Assembly: GCA_963663865.1 (NCBI GenBank)
Contig: OY760686.1
Location: 1,792,001-1,856,000 of the forward strand
Direction of reading: 5' to 3'
DNA from: Spirochaetota bacterium
GTDB taxonomy: Bacteria; Spirochaetota; UBA4802; UBA5550
DNA: 64,000 nucleotides
Notes under the pieces: model-generated
The model's database searches: none
What the model was told of the DNA's origin: nothing
Seen by the model: only the letters and a program-made list of their open reading frames with translations
Translations under genes and position numbers: made by a program
In this document: one piece after another, positions 1 through 10,186 of the stretch
How positions within the stretch are numbered: the first letter of the stretch is position 1
Layout: the number at the start of each line of letters is the position of its first letter

Positions 1-133
1 CATATGATTTAAAATTGCGACAGTAATTGATTTTGTGAGATGGAATCCAGGAATAGTTATAATGAGCTTGACGAAATGACAGGCAATGTTTTAAAAAAGT
101 GTTCTGAAAGCCCACAAAGGAAAATGCTGATTA

Positions 134-1237
134 TTGATGCTAACTGAATCTTATGTATCCAGGATATTTTTTGTATTTTCAATAATATTTTTCTTTTATG
201 CGCTAATGCAGCTTTTGAACAGGGCAAAGCATACTGTACATTTCCTTAAATCGTTGTTGTTCTTTTCGATAGGGTATGAATATCTGTTCTCATGGTTGGA
301 CCTGACAGGAATTTATAAAACCTCCTTATGTTTTCTGAATTACACTGATAGCAGTTTTATCTTTCTGATTGGCCCCGTTATGTATTTTTACTTCTTGAGT
401 ATCACAGGAAATAAAAATGTCCGACCCGGCAATATTCTTCTTCACGAGATTCCATTTCTAATTTCTTTTATCGTCACAGTCCTGATAAACATATATCAAC
501 CAGACACATTTCATTTCGAAACAGACTCTTCATTGTTTTATTTAAATGAGACAAAAGATTATGCTCTTAGCTTCCTGATTGTTGTGCCATATTTTTCACT
601 TTTTTTATACCTCATCCTTGCACTTCGAAAGATTTATTACTTTTTTGGAATAAAGATGAAGTCCCGTGAAATACAGACGATTCTTTTCTTTTTGGCCTTT
701 TCAATTCTGGCTACTCCTTTTATGCTTCTGGGGCATATTATTGGATCTGATTTACTAATCTATTCGGGAATGGTTTTTTTCTCGATGGTTATATTCTTAT
801 TTGTAATATTTTCAATACGATATCCGGAATATACTGTTCAGGTGATCAGGGAGTCGAGAAAACTGAGTTACAAACACAATATAGAAGCTGGAGTTAAAGA
901 TTCTATTGTCGCTGATAGGCTCGTTGAGTTGATGGAGACAGAGAAACTATTTCAAGATGAATCTCTTTCATTAAAAAAATTAAGTGAACACTTGATGGTT
1001 ACTCATCATGAGTTATCACGGATTATAAATGATGTCTTCAAACTAAATTTTTATAATCTGGTTAACAGCTACCGAATAAAAGAAGCACATAAAATATTTA
1101 TGGAAAAACCCGATAAAGCAATTATCGAGGTGGTGTTTGAAACAGGTTTTAGCACAAAAGCCTGTTTCTACAGCAACTTTGTCAAGTTTACTGGAATCTC
1201 CCCTGGTGAATTTCGTAAAAATTGCAGTATCCTCTGA
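134..1237 (+). CDS. Membrane-bound AraC-family transcriptional regulator (about 7 TM helices plus C-terminal HTH_18)
   Basis: Hydrophobic N-terminal ~230 aa. C-terminal AraC signature: LSLKKLSEHL...NFYNLVNSYRIKEA...IIEVVFETGFSTKACFYSNFVKFTGISPGEFR. Start is TTG134 or ATG137. Confidence 0.88.
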   Translation: MMLTESYVSRIFFVFSIIFFFYALMQLLNRAKHTVHFLKSLLFFSIGYEYLFSWLDLTGIYKTSLCFLNYTDSSFIFLIGPVMYFYFLSITGNKNVRPGNILLHEIPFLISFIVTVLINIYQPDTFHFETDSSLFYLNETKDYALSFLIVVPYFSLFLYLILALRKIYYFFGIKMKSREIQTILFFLAFSILATPFMLLGHIIGSDLLIYSGMVFFSMVIFLFVIFSIRYPEYTVQVIRESRKLSYKHNIEAGVKDSIVADRLVELMETEKLFQDESLSLKKLSEHLMVTHHELSRIINDVFKLNFYNLVNSYRIKEAHKIFMEKPDKAIIEVVFETGFSTKACFYSNFVKFTGISPGEFRKNCSIL

Positions 1238-1242
1238 AAATT

Positions 1243-1265
1243 GTTCAAACTTTATAAGGTTGGAC
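1243..1265. promoter_or_regulatory. Imperfect palindrome, candidate operator
   Basis: GTTCAAACTT-TAT-AAGGTTGGAC, 8 of 10 arm positions complementary. Lies 5 nt after the AraC stop and upstream of the lipoprotein gene. Confidence 0.4.
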
Positions 1266-1338
1266 GACAAGACATATTCATTTTTATAAATTGAATATAC
1301 TCATAGAGTATGTACTAATTTATAAAATGGAGAAAGTT

Positions 1339-3807
1339 ATGCGAATGAAATATTATTCAGCTTTTGTTTTACTCGTTATTATGATGTTAGGCAGTTGTTC
1401 AGGTTCGGGAGATGATAGGTCTAATGATTTGATTTCATACAGTTCAGAAGAAAATGAAAAAGTTTTAAATCAGCTGGGTATTGACACCGACCCTGGTGAC
1501 AGAATAGGCGTAAGTGGTCGAGCTTTGAGTGAAAAAGACAATCCATTGGGAAGCATGATCACAAATATTCAGAAAACTGATGAAATATTTCTGACATCAA
1601 CAGGTAATCAGTTTAATTTATTTGAAAGAAATACTGATTCAATTACAGAAAAGACAACATTTGGTAATGTTGATGATATTGCCCAGTCAGCAAACTGTTT
1701 TCGGCAAACTGTCGCAGCTGACATTGATGGTAATGGAAAGGAAGAAATTATTATTGCTGTTTTCTCAAATTCTCCAAATACGATTTCTTTGTATGAGTTG
1801 ACTGATGGGTCAGCTCAAAATATAGAATTCAAGTCATCTGTTTCATGGAATACTTCAGCGTCATACTCTGATGCACGCGACTGGTACCATAAAATTGATC
1901 TTGATTCAGCTGATCTTGATGGTGACGAAAAAGATGAAATAGTTATTACTGCTGAAAGTAATTTGTATGTTTTTGATAATGATTTTACTCAGGTAAACCT
2001 TAATATTGACACTTTCCCTCCTCTCGAAGGATCTACCAGTCAATGCCTCAGGGTTGAATGTGACGATCTTGATAAAGATGGATGTGCTGAGTTGATTTTT
2101 GTAAATGGAGATTATGCAGATAATCTTACAGCATTGATTTCAGTCTATTCATATAGTGAAGGTATACTCAATCTGTTGATTGATTCGGTACCTGCTGCCG
2201 TTGCTTCAATCTCCCTGAGGGCCGCAGATGTTAAAACAGGCGATGTCGATGGTGATTATTTGCCCGAGCTGGTATTTGCAGGAATAGACAACAGTTCGAG
2301 TGATCTGATAACATTTATAATGGACGTTGAATCGAATGAAGGAACTGTTAGTGGAACAATCCTTGATTCGTATGGCACTGATGACCTTAACAGTCAGACG
2401 AGGCTGGATCAGATCGGCAATGGTTGGTGGCCTGCAAGGGACAATGATTGTAAAATACCCATTTTGGCTGTTGGTGATCTTGATCATGATGGAAAAGATG
2501 AAATTGTTTCAAATGACGATATCTGGTCGTATAACCCTGATGTGAAGCAAATGGATTATGCGTACGATACTTCGAGTAATGAAATACTTCGCCAGGCTCT
2601 TCCGCAGGAGTATATGCCGGGAATACTGGGGATATGGGGGGTTAGACCAACAGATACGGCATGGTTTAATCAGGTCGCAATTGGTGATATCAACGGAGAT
2701 GGTCCGAAGGAAATAGTCGTACTTGACTACACCAGAGACAATTTACGAATATTCTCATACGATTCCAGGGAAGGCAAGGTTGTCAGGGGGGATGATGTCC
2801 AGTATACTACACTCTCAGATTATCCGACGCTGTCACTGGCTGATGTGGATAATGACAGTATGATTCTTGAATACATCGGGCATAAGCTTATATTTTCGAC
2901 ACCTCAGATTACAGCTGTTCTTGTTTCTCCCCCATACCATGCTGATAAGGACCAGAACATTGATAACTCGTACACTCGATACGGTAAGGTTACTTCTGTT
3001 TCGGCAGGTGTAAGCGGTACAATCGCTTATTCAATCGGTGTATCGGGTGGTATTTCTGCCGAAGTGCCGGTAATCTCAAATGGATCTGTTGAGATAAAGG
3101 CAACTGTAAGAGACACCTATGAATTCTGTGCAGATGCAGAAACTTCAGCAGATCTGTCTATAGCCTATGATTCGTATGCTGGTGAGAATAGTGTGGTTTT
3201 TACAGCTGTTCCTATAGATTGCTATATGTATGAGGTTGTAAATAAAGGTGATTATACTGAAGATGTTTCTTTGGGAGATATTTATTATATCACCGAACAT
3301 CGATCAACCAGGCTTTGTTTTACAAGTGTTGAATTTTTTAACGAGAATAATGGCGATTATGATGATATTGATGATTCTATTCTGATTCACTCTGTGGGAG
3401 ATCCGTCTTCCTACTCGAAACTATCAGAAGCGACAAAAAAGGTCAATCTTGATATAACCCAGGCACTGCTCATGAATAGCAATAGTGGCAACGTTGCTGA
3501 AGGGAACAAATATACTACTATGACATACGAGACATCAAATACTATAGGCGGTTCTTTTACATATGAATCTGAAGTCTCTCTCGAAACACAGGCTTCGTTC
3601 ATTGCGCTTATTGGTAGTGAAAGAACAGTAAGCGTTGGTCTTACACTGTCTTCCTCTGCCAGCAGTGGTACCTGTATCGAAGGCTCTGTTGGCGGATTAA
3701 ATGGCTCCGATTACAAGGCCGGCAATCTCTTTGCATGGGGCATTTATTCATACGTGGCTTCTTTGTCAGGTAATAAGTTCACTGTGGTAGATTACTGGGT
3801 GGATTAG
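1339..3807 (+). CDS. FG-GAP/VCBS-repeat lipoprotein with Ser/Thr-rich C-terminal domain
   Basis: Signal peptide ending MMLGSC (lipobox). Six full DxDGDGxxEI-type motifs (ADIDGNGKEEI, ADLDGDEKDEI, DDLDKDGCAEL, GDVDGDYLPEL, GDLDHDGKDEI, GDINGDGPKEI) plus a partial seventh (ADVDND). Start set at ATG1339 behind GGAG. Confidence 0.78.
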   Translation: MRMKYYSAFVLLVIMMLGSCSGSGDDRSNDLISYSSEENEKVLNQLGIDTDPGDRIGVSGRALSEKDNPLGSMITNIQKTDEIFLTSTGNQFNLFERNTDSITEKTTFGNVDDIAQSANCFRQTVAADIDGNGKEEIIIAVFSNSPNTISLYELTDGSAQNIEFKSSVSWNTSASYSDARDWYHKIDLDSADLDGDEKDEIVITAESNLYVFDNDFTQVNLNIDTFPPLEGSTSQCLRVECDDLDKDGCAELIFVNGDYADNLTALISVYSYSEGILNLLIDSVPAAVASISLRAADVKTGDVDGDYLPELVFAGIDNSSSDLITFIMDVESNEGTVSGTILDSYGTDDLNSQTRLDQIGNGWWPARDNDCKIPILAVGDLDHDGKDEIVSNDDIWSYNPDVKQMDYAYDTSSNEILRQALPQEYMPGILGIWGVRPTDTAWFNQVAIGDINGDGPKEIVVLDYTRDNLRIFSYDSREGKVVRGDDVQYTTLSDYPTLSLADVDNDSMILEYIGHKLIFSTPQITAVLVSPPYHADKDQNIDNSYTRYGKVTSVSAGVSGTIAYSIGVSGGISAEVPVISNGSVEIKATVRDTYEFCADAETSADLSIAYDSYAGENSVVFTAVPIDCYMYEVVNKGDYTEDVSLGDIYYITEHRSTRLCFTSVEFFNENNGDYDDIDDSILIHSVGDPSSYSKLSEATKKVNLDITQALLMNSNSGNVAEGNKYTTMTYETSNTIGGSFTYESEVSLETQASFIALIGSERTVSVGLTLSSSASSGTCIEGSVGGLNGSDYKAGNLFAWGIYSYVASLSGNKFTVVDYWVD

Positions 3808-3816
3808 TGATGTTAT

Positions 3817-3857
3817 TGTATTATTGAATTTGGCGAATAACAATAATACATCCTTTT
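3817..3857 (+). terminator. Possible intrinsic terminator after the lipoprotein gene
   Basis: TGTATTATTG...CAATAATACA 10-bp inverted repeat followed by TCCTTTT. The stem is AT-rich, so support is weak. Confidence 0.35.
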
Positions 3858-4016
3858 GGCTGTTGTTTTGCCAACGGCCTTGCCGGTATTACTTATGCAC
3901 ACGGCCTGTTAATCGTAAAAAATATTCTTGAAAAAAGGAGCAGATAATTGCGTATGAATCAATAAAGAATTATAGTATATACAATTTATTGATTACATAT
4001 TGTCAAAGGAACGAAA

Positions 4017-5210
4017 ATGCGAATAGGAACTCCACTCTCCGAATCTGCTACAAAGGTGATGCTGCTGGGCAGCGGCGAATTGGCCAAAGAGGTTGTAATC
4101 GCGCTTCAGAGACTGGGCGTGGAGGTCACGGCCGTTGACCGCTACCCCAACGCTCCGGGAATGCAGGTGGCGCATCATTCGTACACGATAGACATGTCTG
4201 ATCACACCGAGCTTCGCGCGCTGATAGAAAAAACGAAGCCGCATATAATTGTCCCTGAGATAGAGGCCATTGCCACTGAGGAGCTGCTGAAGATCGAACA
4301 GGAGGGTATTGCCGAGGTTATTCCAACGGCGAGAGCTGTTAATCTTACAATGAACCGTGAGGGTATAAGAAGGCTTGCCGCCGAGGAACTCGGGCTTCCG
4401 ACATCACGATACAGGTTTGCCGGAAGCAGGGAAGAGCTTGCGGAGGTTGTGAAAGCAATCGGTTTCCCCTGCTTTGTAAAGCCGGTCATGTCATCTTCCG
4501 GCAAGGGGCAGTCGCGTATCGACTCTGCCGACGAGGTCGATGCCGCCTGGGATTACGCTGCCAGGGGAGGCAGGGTTGACAGCGGAATGGTCATCGTTGA
4601 AGAGATGATTCACTTTGATTACGAAATCACCCAGCTTACAGTTAGGGCTGTAGGAACTTCCGGCTCTGTTGAGACCTTCTTCTGCGAGCCGGTAGGACAT
4701 GTGCAGGTCAACGGCGACTATGTCGAGAGCTGGCAGCCGATGGAGATGAGTCAAACTGCTAAATTTAGGGCGAGGGATATAGCCGGAAGAATAACCGCCG
4801 CTCTCGGAGGCAGGGGTATCTTCGGTGTTGAGCTCTTTGTGAGGGGCGATGAAGTTTTCTTCTCTGAGGTCAGCCCCCGTCCTCACGATACGGGGCTTGT
4901 TACTATGGCCACTCAGAGGTACAGCGAGTTCGATCTTCACGCGAGGGCGATACTTGGACTGCCGGTTGACGCTTCTATGAGGACGCCGGGCGCGAGCGCT
5001 GTTATTTATGGGGGGATAGAGTCTGAAGGAATTGCGTTTGAGGGTGTCGGGGAAGCACTGTCTGTTCCCGGGACCGACATCAGGCTTTTTGGAAAGCCAC
5101 GGTCTTTTGTTAAACGGAGGATGGGCGTAATCGTAGCGGAAGCTGACAGTGCTGAAGAGGCGAGGGAAAGAGCTAAAAAGGCGGCGTCGCTTGTGAGGCC
5201 GGTCAGTTAG
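4017..5210 (+). CDS. purT: Formate-dependent phosphoribosylglycinamide formyltransferase
   Basis: [62 protein letters not shown]: ATP-grasp PurT motifs. Confidence 0.96.
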   Translation: MRIGTPLSESATKVMLLGSGELAKEVVIALQRLGVEVTAVDRYPNAPGMQVAHHSYTIDMSDHTELRALIEKTKPHIIVPEIEAIATEELLKIEQEGIAEVIPTARAVNLTMNREGIRRLAAEELGLPTSRYRFAGSREELAEVVKAIGFPCFVKPVMSSSGKGQSRIDSADEVDAAWDYAARGGRVDSGMVIVEEMIHFDYEITQLTVRAVGTSGSVETFFCEPVGHVQVNGDYVESWQPMEMSQTAKFRARDIAGRITAALGGRGIFGVELFVRGDEVFFSEVSPRPHDTGLVTMATQRYSEFDLHARAILGLPVDASMRTPGASAVIYGGIESEGIAFEGVGEALSVPGTDIRLFGKPRSFVKRRMGVIVAEADSAEEARERAKKAASLVRPVS

Positions 5211-5920
5211 CGTTTTTTCCCAAATATCAGCTTGCCTTCTTTCATGTCCCAGTTGAGATCAATCTCTTTGAAAGATATGCTTTCGATCAGCTTCCCGGCC
5301 GCTTTTTTGAGCTCTTCAGGGGGCTCGCCCGAATGGAGTACTGTTGTATTGAACAGGACAGTTGATATTGAGGCTTTGACTGTTGTTCCGTAGCGGGGCA
5401 GTGCGTAGCTTATCTGCAGCTTCGAAAGATGTTCTTCCTTGAGAAGCGGGCTGATATTCTTCAGACTGATACTGCTGAAAAAATCACGCCAGCTCAGCTT
5501 TGGAAGTATTTTTGATGTAACGTCATTCCAGCGCTCCCCATCAAGAAAATAGAACCTGAGCTTTGAGTTGACACCGATTCCGTCGTGTTCGGTCGTATTG
5601 GCGGCGATATACCTCGTTTTGTTCGCGTCAATAAATATCGCCATTTCGTGAATGACCGTTCCCCCTCCGGTGCCTTCGTCGGTTATGTTCAGCCAGCCGT
5701 TTTTAAAGTCAATGGTTGGAGTGAGTTCGTAGTCAGCCGACGATTGTGTGATGAACTTTCCCCCTTTATTTTCGATTTTGAATTTGGAAGGATATTCAGA
5801 GCTTATGGAAATAAGCTTCGCGGGTATCATTTGATAATAGTCGAGCACGGAAAGGTTCTTAGCGTTTGAACCTGCCGGGGCCAGTGCTATCAGTGTTAAA
5901 AGAAGTGCTGTCCTTTTCAT
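5207..5920 (-). CDS. Hypothetical secreted protein
   Basis: 237-aa ORF with signal peptide [20 protein letters not shown] and AGGAGG RBS; convergent with purT. Confidence 0.7.
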   Translation of the reverse strand: MKRTALLLTLIALAPAGSNAKNLSVLDYYQMIPAKLISISSEYPSKFKIENKGGKFITQSSADYELTPTIDFKNGWLNITDEGTGGGTVIHEMAIFIDANKTRYIAANTTEHDGIGVNSKLRFYFLDGERWNDVTSKILPKLSWRDFFSSISLKNISPLLKEEHLSKLQISYALPRYGTTVKASISTVLFNTTVLHSGEPPEELKKAAGKLIESISFKEIDLNWDMKEGKLIFGKKR

Positions 5921-5952
5921 GTCAATCCTCCTGAATAGTTGAATAATTGAGT

Positions 5953-6717
5953 CTATATGACCGAATAACTTCGAGAACCCGATTTCTTTACCATGATTTT
6001 GCTTCCGAAGAGATCAGATAAAACCTCGTCTGTCAAACCCTTATCAATTTCTCCGCTGAAGAAGGTCTTCCCGTCTTTGAGTATCATTATTTTTTTGAAT
6101 AGAGGGGTTATTTCTTCGATGTGATGCGTCACGTAGATTATCTCTACTCCGGTATGCTCATGAAGGCTGTCAAGCAGGTGAAGGAGCTCTTCGCGTGAAG
6201 AAATGTCCAGACCCGTTGCGGCCTCATCCAGGATAAGAAGTCTCGGATTTCTAATCGTAGCCCTCAGGATGAGGCATTTCTGCCTTTCACCGTCAGAGAG
6301 TGTGCCGAAAAGGCGTCCGGCCATTTCCGACATCCCAAAGGTCTTCAGAAATTCTAAGGCCTTTTCTCTTTCGTCCTCTCCTGGAACGGAGTAGGGGCCC
6401 AGATTGGCTGAAAAGCCGCTTGCAGTAATGTCGAGCACTGATTCTCTTGATCCGACCATCTCCTTGAGGAATGTGCCGACATATCCGATGTCCTTTCTGA
6501 CCTCGCGTATGTCGGCGCCGTATTCAATGCCGAAGCGTTTGACTCTTCCTGCGCTCGGGTAAAGGTAGCCGGAGATGATCTGCAGCAGCTTTGACTTGCC
6601 GCTTCCGTTTCTGCCGAAAAGCACCCAGCTCTCTGAAGGCGATATCCTCCAGTTGATTTTTGATAAAAGCGTACTGCCGTCAGGTAGCGAATATGATACA
6701 TCCTCAAGCTCTATCAT
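5953..6717 (-). CDS. ABC transporter ATP-binding protein (ModF/YlmA-like)
   Basis: Walker A GRNGSGKS, signature LSDGERQK, Walker B LLILDEA, H-loop YVTHH. Confidence 0.85.
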   Translation of the reverse strand: MIELEDVSYSLPDGSTLLSKINWRISPSESWVLFGRNGSGKSKLLQIISGYLYPSAGRVKRFGIEYGADIREVRKDIGYVGTFLKEMVGSRESVLDITASGFSANLGPYSVPGEDEREKALEFLKTFGMSEMAGRLFGTLSDGERQKCLILRATIRNPRLLILDEAATGLDISSREELLHLLDSLHEHTGVEIIYVTHHIEEITPLFKKIMILKDGKTFFSGEIDKGLTDEVLSDLFGSKIMVKKSGSRSYSVI

Positions 6718-9700
6718 CTGGCCTTTTTCTCTTCTTTTTCCTGACGGTTTTTTCGGGAACTTCCTGTGAGGATTTCGCCCGCTCTTTTTCAGCGAATTCC
6801 TCTCTTATGATTCTCTCCCTTGTCATGTCTTCTTCGCAAAGCATGTTGTTCGCTGCAGGCCTGAATCGTTTTTCGATGAATTCACGGAACCTGTCAATGT
6901 ATTCAAACGCGGCGGGTACCATAATAAGCGTAATGAGCGTTGATATTATGAGGCCGCCAATTACGGCTACTCCCATTCCGGTGCGGTACTTTGCTGCAGC
7001 TCCGATTCCAAGGGCAACAGGCAGAGTCCCTGCAAGCATGGAGAGCGTTGTCATGAGAATCGGTCTCAGCCTTATCAGTCCGGCGTTGTAGATTGCCTCC
7101 TTTCTCGTCATGCCCGTGCGTATTCCTTCAAGAGCGAAGTCGACAAGGAGGATTGAGTTCTTGGTTACAATGCCCAGGAGCATGATTATGCCTATCATCC
7201 CGAACATGTCCATCATCTTGCCGGTTACGATGAATGCGTAAAAGGCCCCGGAAAGCGCGGGAGGCAGCGCTATCAGAATGGTCACAGGCGTGATAAATGA
7301 TTCATACAGGCTCGCCAGAACAAGATAGATAAATAAAATGGACAGAAAGAAAGCCATAATGATATTTTTTACCATGTCCTGGAAGCTGTCAGCCTGACCG
7401 ATGAATGAATAGGATACTCCTTCGGGCAGGGGCAGCTCTTCGTTTACAATCTGATGTGTGCGGCTAAGCGCGTTGCCCAGCGCCCCGTCAGGAGCAATGT
7501 TTGCCATAACCTGTACAATGCGCGCCCTTTCCTGACGGAGAATACGGGCGGGGCCTTCAGTTGATATACCTTCCGCTACAGCGTTGAGCGGTATCATGCG
7601 GTTTTGTATGTTAGGAATCTTTGTGTTTTCAAAGGCGCTCTTGAGATTGCGCTGTTCCGGTTTCAGTCTGACCCTGATATCGTATTCAAGCCCGCCTGAG
7701 TGGTACTTGCCCGCCAGGCCGCCTTCAATCTGATAGCGCAGCTCAAGGCCTGCCAGCCTCTGGCTCACTCCAACCTCTTCAAGCCTGCGCGGGTCGAGAT
7801 GTACCTGAAATTCAGGTTTGCCCGGTTCAAAGCTTGTCGTTACTTCAGTGAGGTCGGGAATTGCCTTGAGCTTTTCTATCACCTTTTCGGCGTATTCGTT
7901 AAGAACATCAAGATTCTCACCTTTTATTATGAGCACATATGGCTTGTTGGATCCGCCTCCGGCGACCCGGCTGTAGTTGTCAACAGCCGGCTTGGCATAG
8001 CTGTATTTCGCGAGAATTTTTCTCAGCTCCTGCTTTATCCCAGCCGTGTCGCGCGTTCGCTCTTCTCTGGGGACAGCGAACATTCCTATGGAAGCTACAT
8101 TGGCCTGCCCCTGGTCGTTTCCGGCCTGAAGGGTGAAAAAGTCAAGTTCCGGAAGCGACTTTAGCTCTTCAGCGATTTTGAGGGCCGTTTCGTATGAACC
8201 GTTGAGACTTGTGTCAGGAGGAAGCTGGAGGTTGATGAGAAACTCTCCCTCATCGGGGTCAGGCTGAAAGGTTTTTTTAACAGTCCCGAAGGCATAAACG
8301 CTGCCGATGAACACAGCAAGGGTAATGAGTATTATAAAAAGGGGATGATTTAGCGAGAAGCGAATAACGCTGCCGTATCCTCTTTCAAGAAAGGACTGAA
8401 GACGTTCAAAGGACTTGACCACAAAGTTGTTGTCCTTCTTTCCGCTGCCCGCGAAGTACCCGCTTAAAAGCGGAGCTACCGTCAGGGCGTCGAAAAGGCT
8501 GATTGAAATAGCAAAAACAATTGTTAAACCAAACTGCTTGAAAAAACGGCCGATTACCCCTTCAAGAAAGGCTATCGGGAAAAAAACAGCAATGATTGTA
8601 AGCGTTGTGGCTATTACAGCGAGCATGACCTCGGTAGTGCCTATCTCCGCTGCTCTCATGGAGCCGCAGCCGCCTTCGAGCTTCCTGAATATGTTCTCGC
8701 GTACAACAATGGCGTCATCAACCAGAAGGCCGATTGTAAGCGACAGAGCGAGAAGGGTCATGATGTTCAGCGTAAAGCCCATAAAGTACATGAGAACAAA
8801 TGCGCCGAGCAGGCTGTTCGGTATAGCGATACTTGTTATGATGGTTGACCTGACATTTCCGAGGAAAAGATAAACAACAAATATGGCGAGGATGATGCCG
8901 ATTATCATGGTCTCGAAAACGTCATCAATGTTGCGTCTGATGTGTTTGGCTGTGTCGTACACGAAGATGAGCTGCGGGTTGCCTTTGCCCTTTGACAGGA
9001 CCTGGTTGATGCGTCCGAGCCGTTCCATGACCCCGTCGCTTACGGCAACAGTATTGCCTCCGGACTGCTTGAATACATCGATAAGCAGGCAGGGCCTCAT
9101 ACCGCGGTCAGCTCTGTTCTTCGAGTCGGCCTGCTCATCCGCGGCGGAAGTGTTTCCGGCGGTAAATGGATAGTATATGTATGATATTGTGTTTAAATCT
9201 TCGGTGCCGTCAACTACGCGGCCAATCCGGTCAACTGTCACAGAGCTGTTAACATCCCCACCAAACGAAACGACGGCCTTCTGTATCTGGTCGAGGTCTG
9301 TGAATTGGCCGACAGTCCGGAACAGAGTGCTTCTGCCGTTGCTGTCATGTTTGCCGATAGGAACATTTGCTCCTGAATTGGAGAGCCTGTTCACCACGGT
9401 CGAGGTTGATATCTCGTATTCGTTGAGCCTGTTCCGGTCAAGTTCAACCTGAATCTCGCGCCTCGTTCCGCCTGAGATACGGACTTCGCCGACCCCGCTG
9501 ACCTGCTCAATGATGGGCTTAAGCTCTTCTTTCGCGAGATCGTAGAGCTCTGCCGGCTTAATGTCGGCAACAAGCGCGAAAGTCAGGATTGGCATATCGG
9601 TAAAGTCGAACTGTCTGACAACGGGTTCGTCAAGAAGGTCGGCTGGAAGGTTGTTGCGGGCCAGGGCGACTTTTTCACGCATCTTCTCTTCGGCGTACTG

Positions 9701-10003
9701 GATGTCGGTTTCGTAGTCGAACTCGGCGATAACGACGGACATGCCCTCGTTGTTTCTTGACGACAGGCGTTCAATCCCGGCGATGGAGCTGACCTGTTCC
9801 TCGATTGGCTTTGTGATAAGCTCCTCAATCTCAGTGGGTGTTGCGCCCGGATACAATGTCGATACGGTTACAACAGGAAAGTCAATCGGCGGGAAGAGAT
9901 CGACTCCGATTCTTCCGAGCGAGATTAAACCCAGTACAATCATGATGATGACGATGCAGGAAATAAAGATAGGGCGCTTTAGAGAGAGCCTTGCTATATT
10001 CAT
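6704..10003 (-). CDS. AcrB/AcrD/AcrF-family RND efflux permease
   Basis: VDLFPPIDFP, GLLVDDAIVVRENI, GIVTKNSILLVDF, RLRPILMTT. Start set at ATG10003 (MNIARLS) behind an RBS. Confidence 0.93.
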   Translation of the reverse strand: MNIARLSLKRPIFISCIVIIMIVLGLISLGRIGVDLFPPIDFPVVTVSTLYPGATPTEIEELITKPIEEQVSSIAGIERLSSRNNEGMSVVIAEFDYETDIQYAEEKMREKVALARNNLPADLLDEPVVRQFDFTDMPILTFALVADIKPAELYDLAKEELKPIIEQVSGVGEVRISGGTRREIQVELDRNRLNEYEISTSTVVNRLSNSGANVPIGKHDSNGRSTLFRTVGQFTDLDQIQKAVVSFGGDVNSSVTVDRIGRVVDGTEDLNTISYIYYPFTAGNTSAADEQADSKNRADRGMRPCLLIDVFKQSGGNTVAVSDGVMERLGRINQVLSKGKGNPQLIFVYDTAKHIRRNIDDVFETMIIGIILAIFVVYLFLGNVRSTIITSIAIPNSLLGAFVLMYFMGFTLNIMTLLALSLTIGLLVDDAIVVRENIFRKLEGGCGSMRAAEIGTTEVMLAVIATTLTIIAVFFPIAFLEGVIGRFFKQFGLTIVFAISISLFDALTVAPLLSGYFAGSGKKDNNFVVKSFERLQSFLERGYGSVIRFSLNHPLFIILITLAVFIGSVYAFGTVKKTFQPDPDEGEFLINLQLPPDTSLNGSYETALKIAEELKSLPELDFFTLQAGNDQGQANVASIGMFAVPREERTRDTAGIKQELRKILAKYSYAKPAVDNYSRVAGGGSNKPYVLIIKGENLDVLNEYAEKVIEKLKAIPDLTEVTTSFEPGKPEFQVHLDPRRLEEVGVSQRLAGLELRYQIEGGLAGKYHSGGLEYDIRVRLKPEQRNLKSAFENTKIPNIQNRMIPLNAVAEGISTEGPARILRQERARIVQVMANIAPDGALGNALSRTHQIVNEELPLPEGVSYSFIGQADSFQDMVKNIIMAFFLSILFIYLVLASLYESFITPVTILIALPPALSGAFYAFIVTGKMMDMFGMIGIIMLLGIVTKNSILLVDFALEGIRTGMTRKEAIYNAGLIRLRPILMTTLSMLAGTLPVALGIGAAAKYRTGMGVAVIGGLIISTLITLIMVPAAFEYIDRFREFIEKRFRPAANNMLCEEDMTRERIIREEFAEKERAKSSQEVPEKTVRKKKRKRPDDRA

Positions 10004-10132
10004 GTTATCCCTTCGCTCAGCTGAAGTATTGTTGCCGCTGTATAGCTGTTGAGAACATGTCATCTTTGATATAAAATGAAATAATATTCAATATAAAAAA
10101 TAGACTGAAGGGAATTTTATTGAGTTAAGGGC

Positions 10133-10163
10133 AAAAAAAGAGGCTGCCTGAAAGACAGCCTCC
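10133..10163 (-). terminator. Rho-independent terminator of rex-adhE
   Basis: Minus strand GAGGCTG-loop-CAGCCTC followed by a T7 run, just after the adhE stop. Confidence 0.8.
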
Positions 10164-10186
10164 GTATCTATATTAAACGAAGCAGC

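Noticed and set aside
3953-3999. AT-rich inverted repeat upstream of purT
   Set aside because: AATCAATAAA/TTTATTGATT is low complexity in very AT-rich DNA and matches no purine riboswitch or PurR box.
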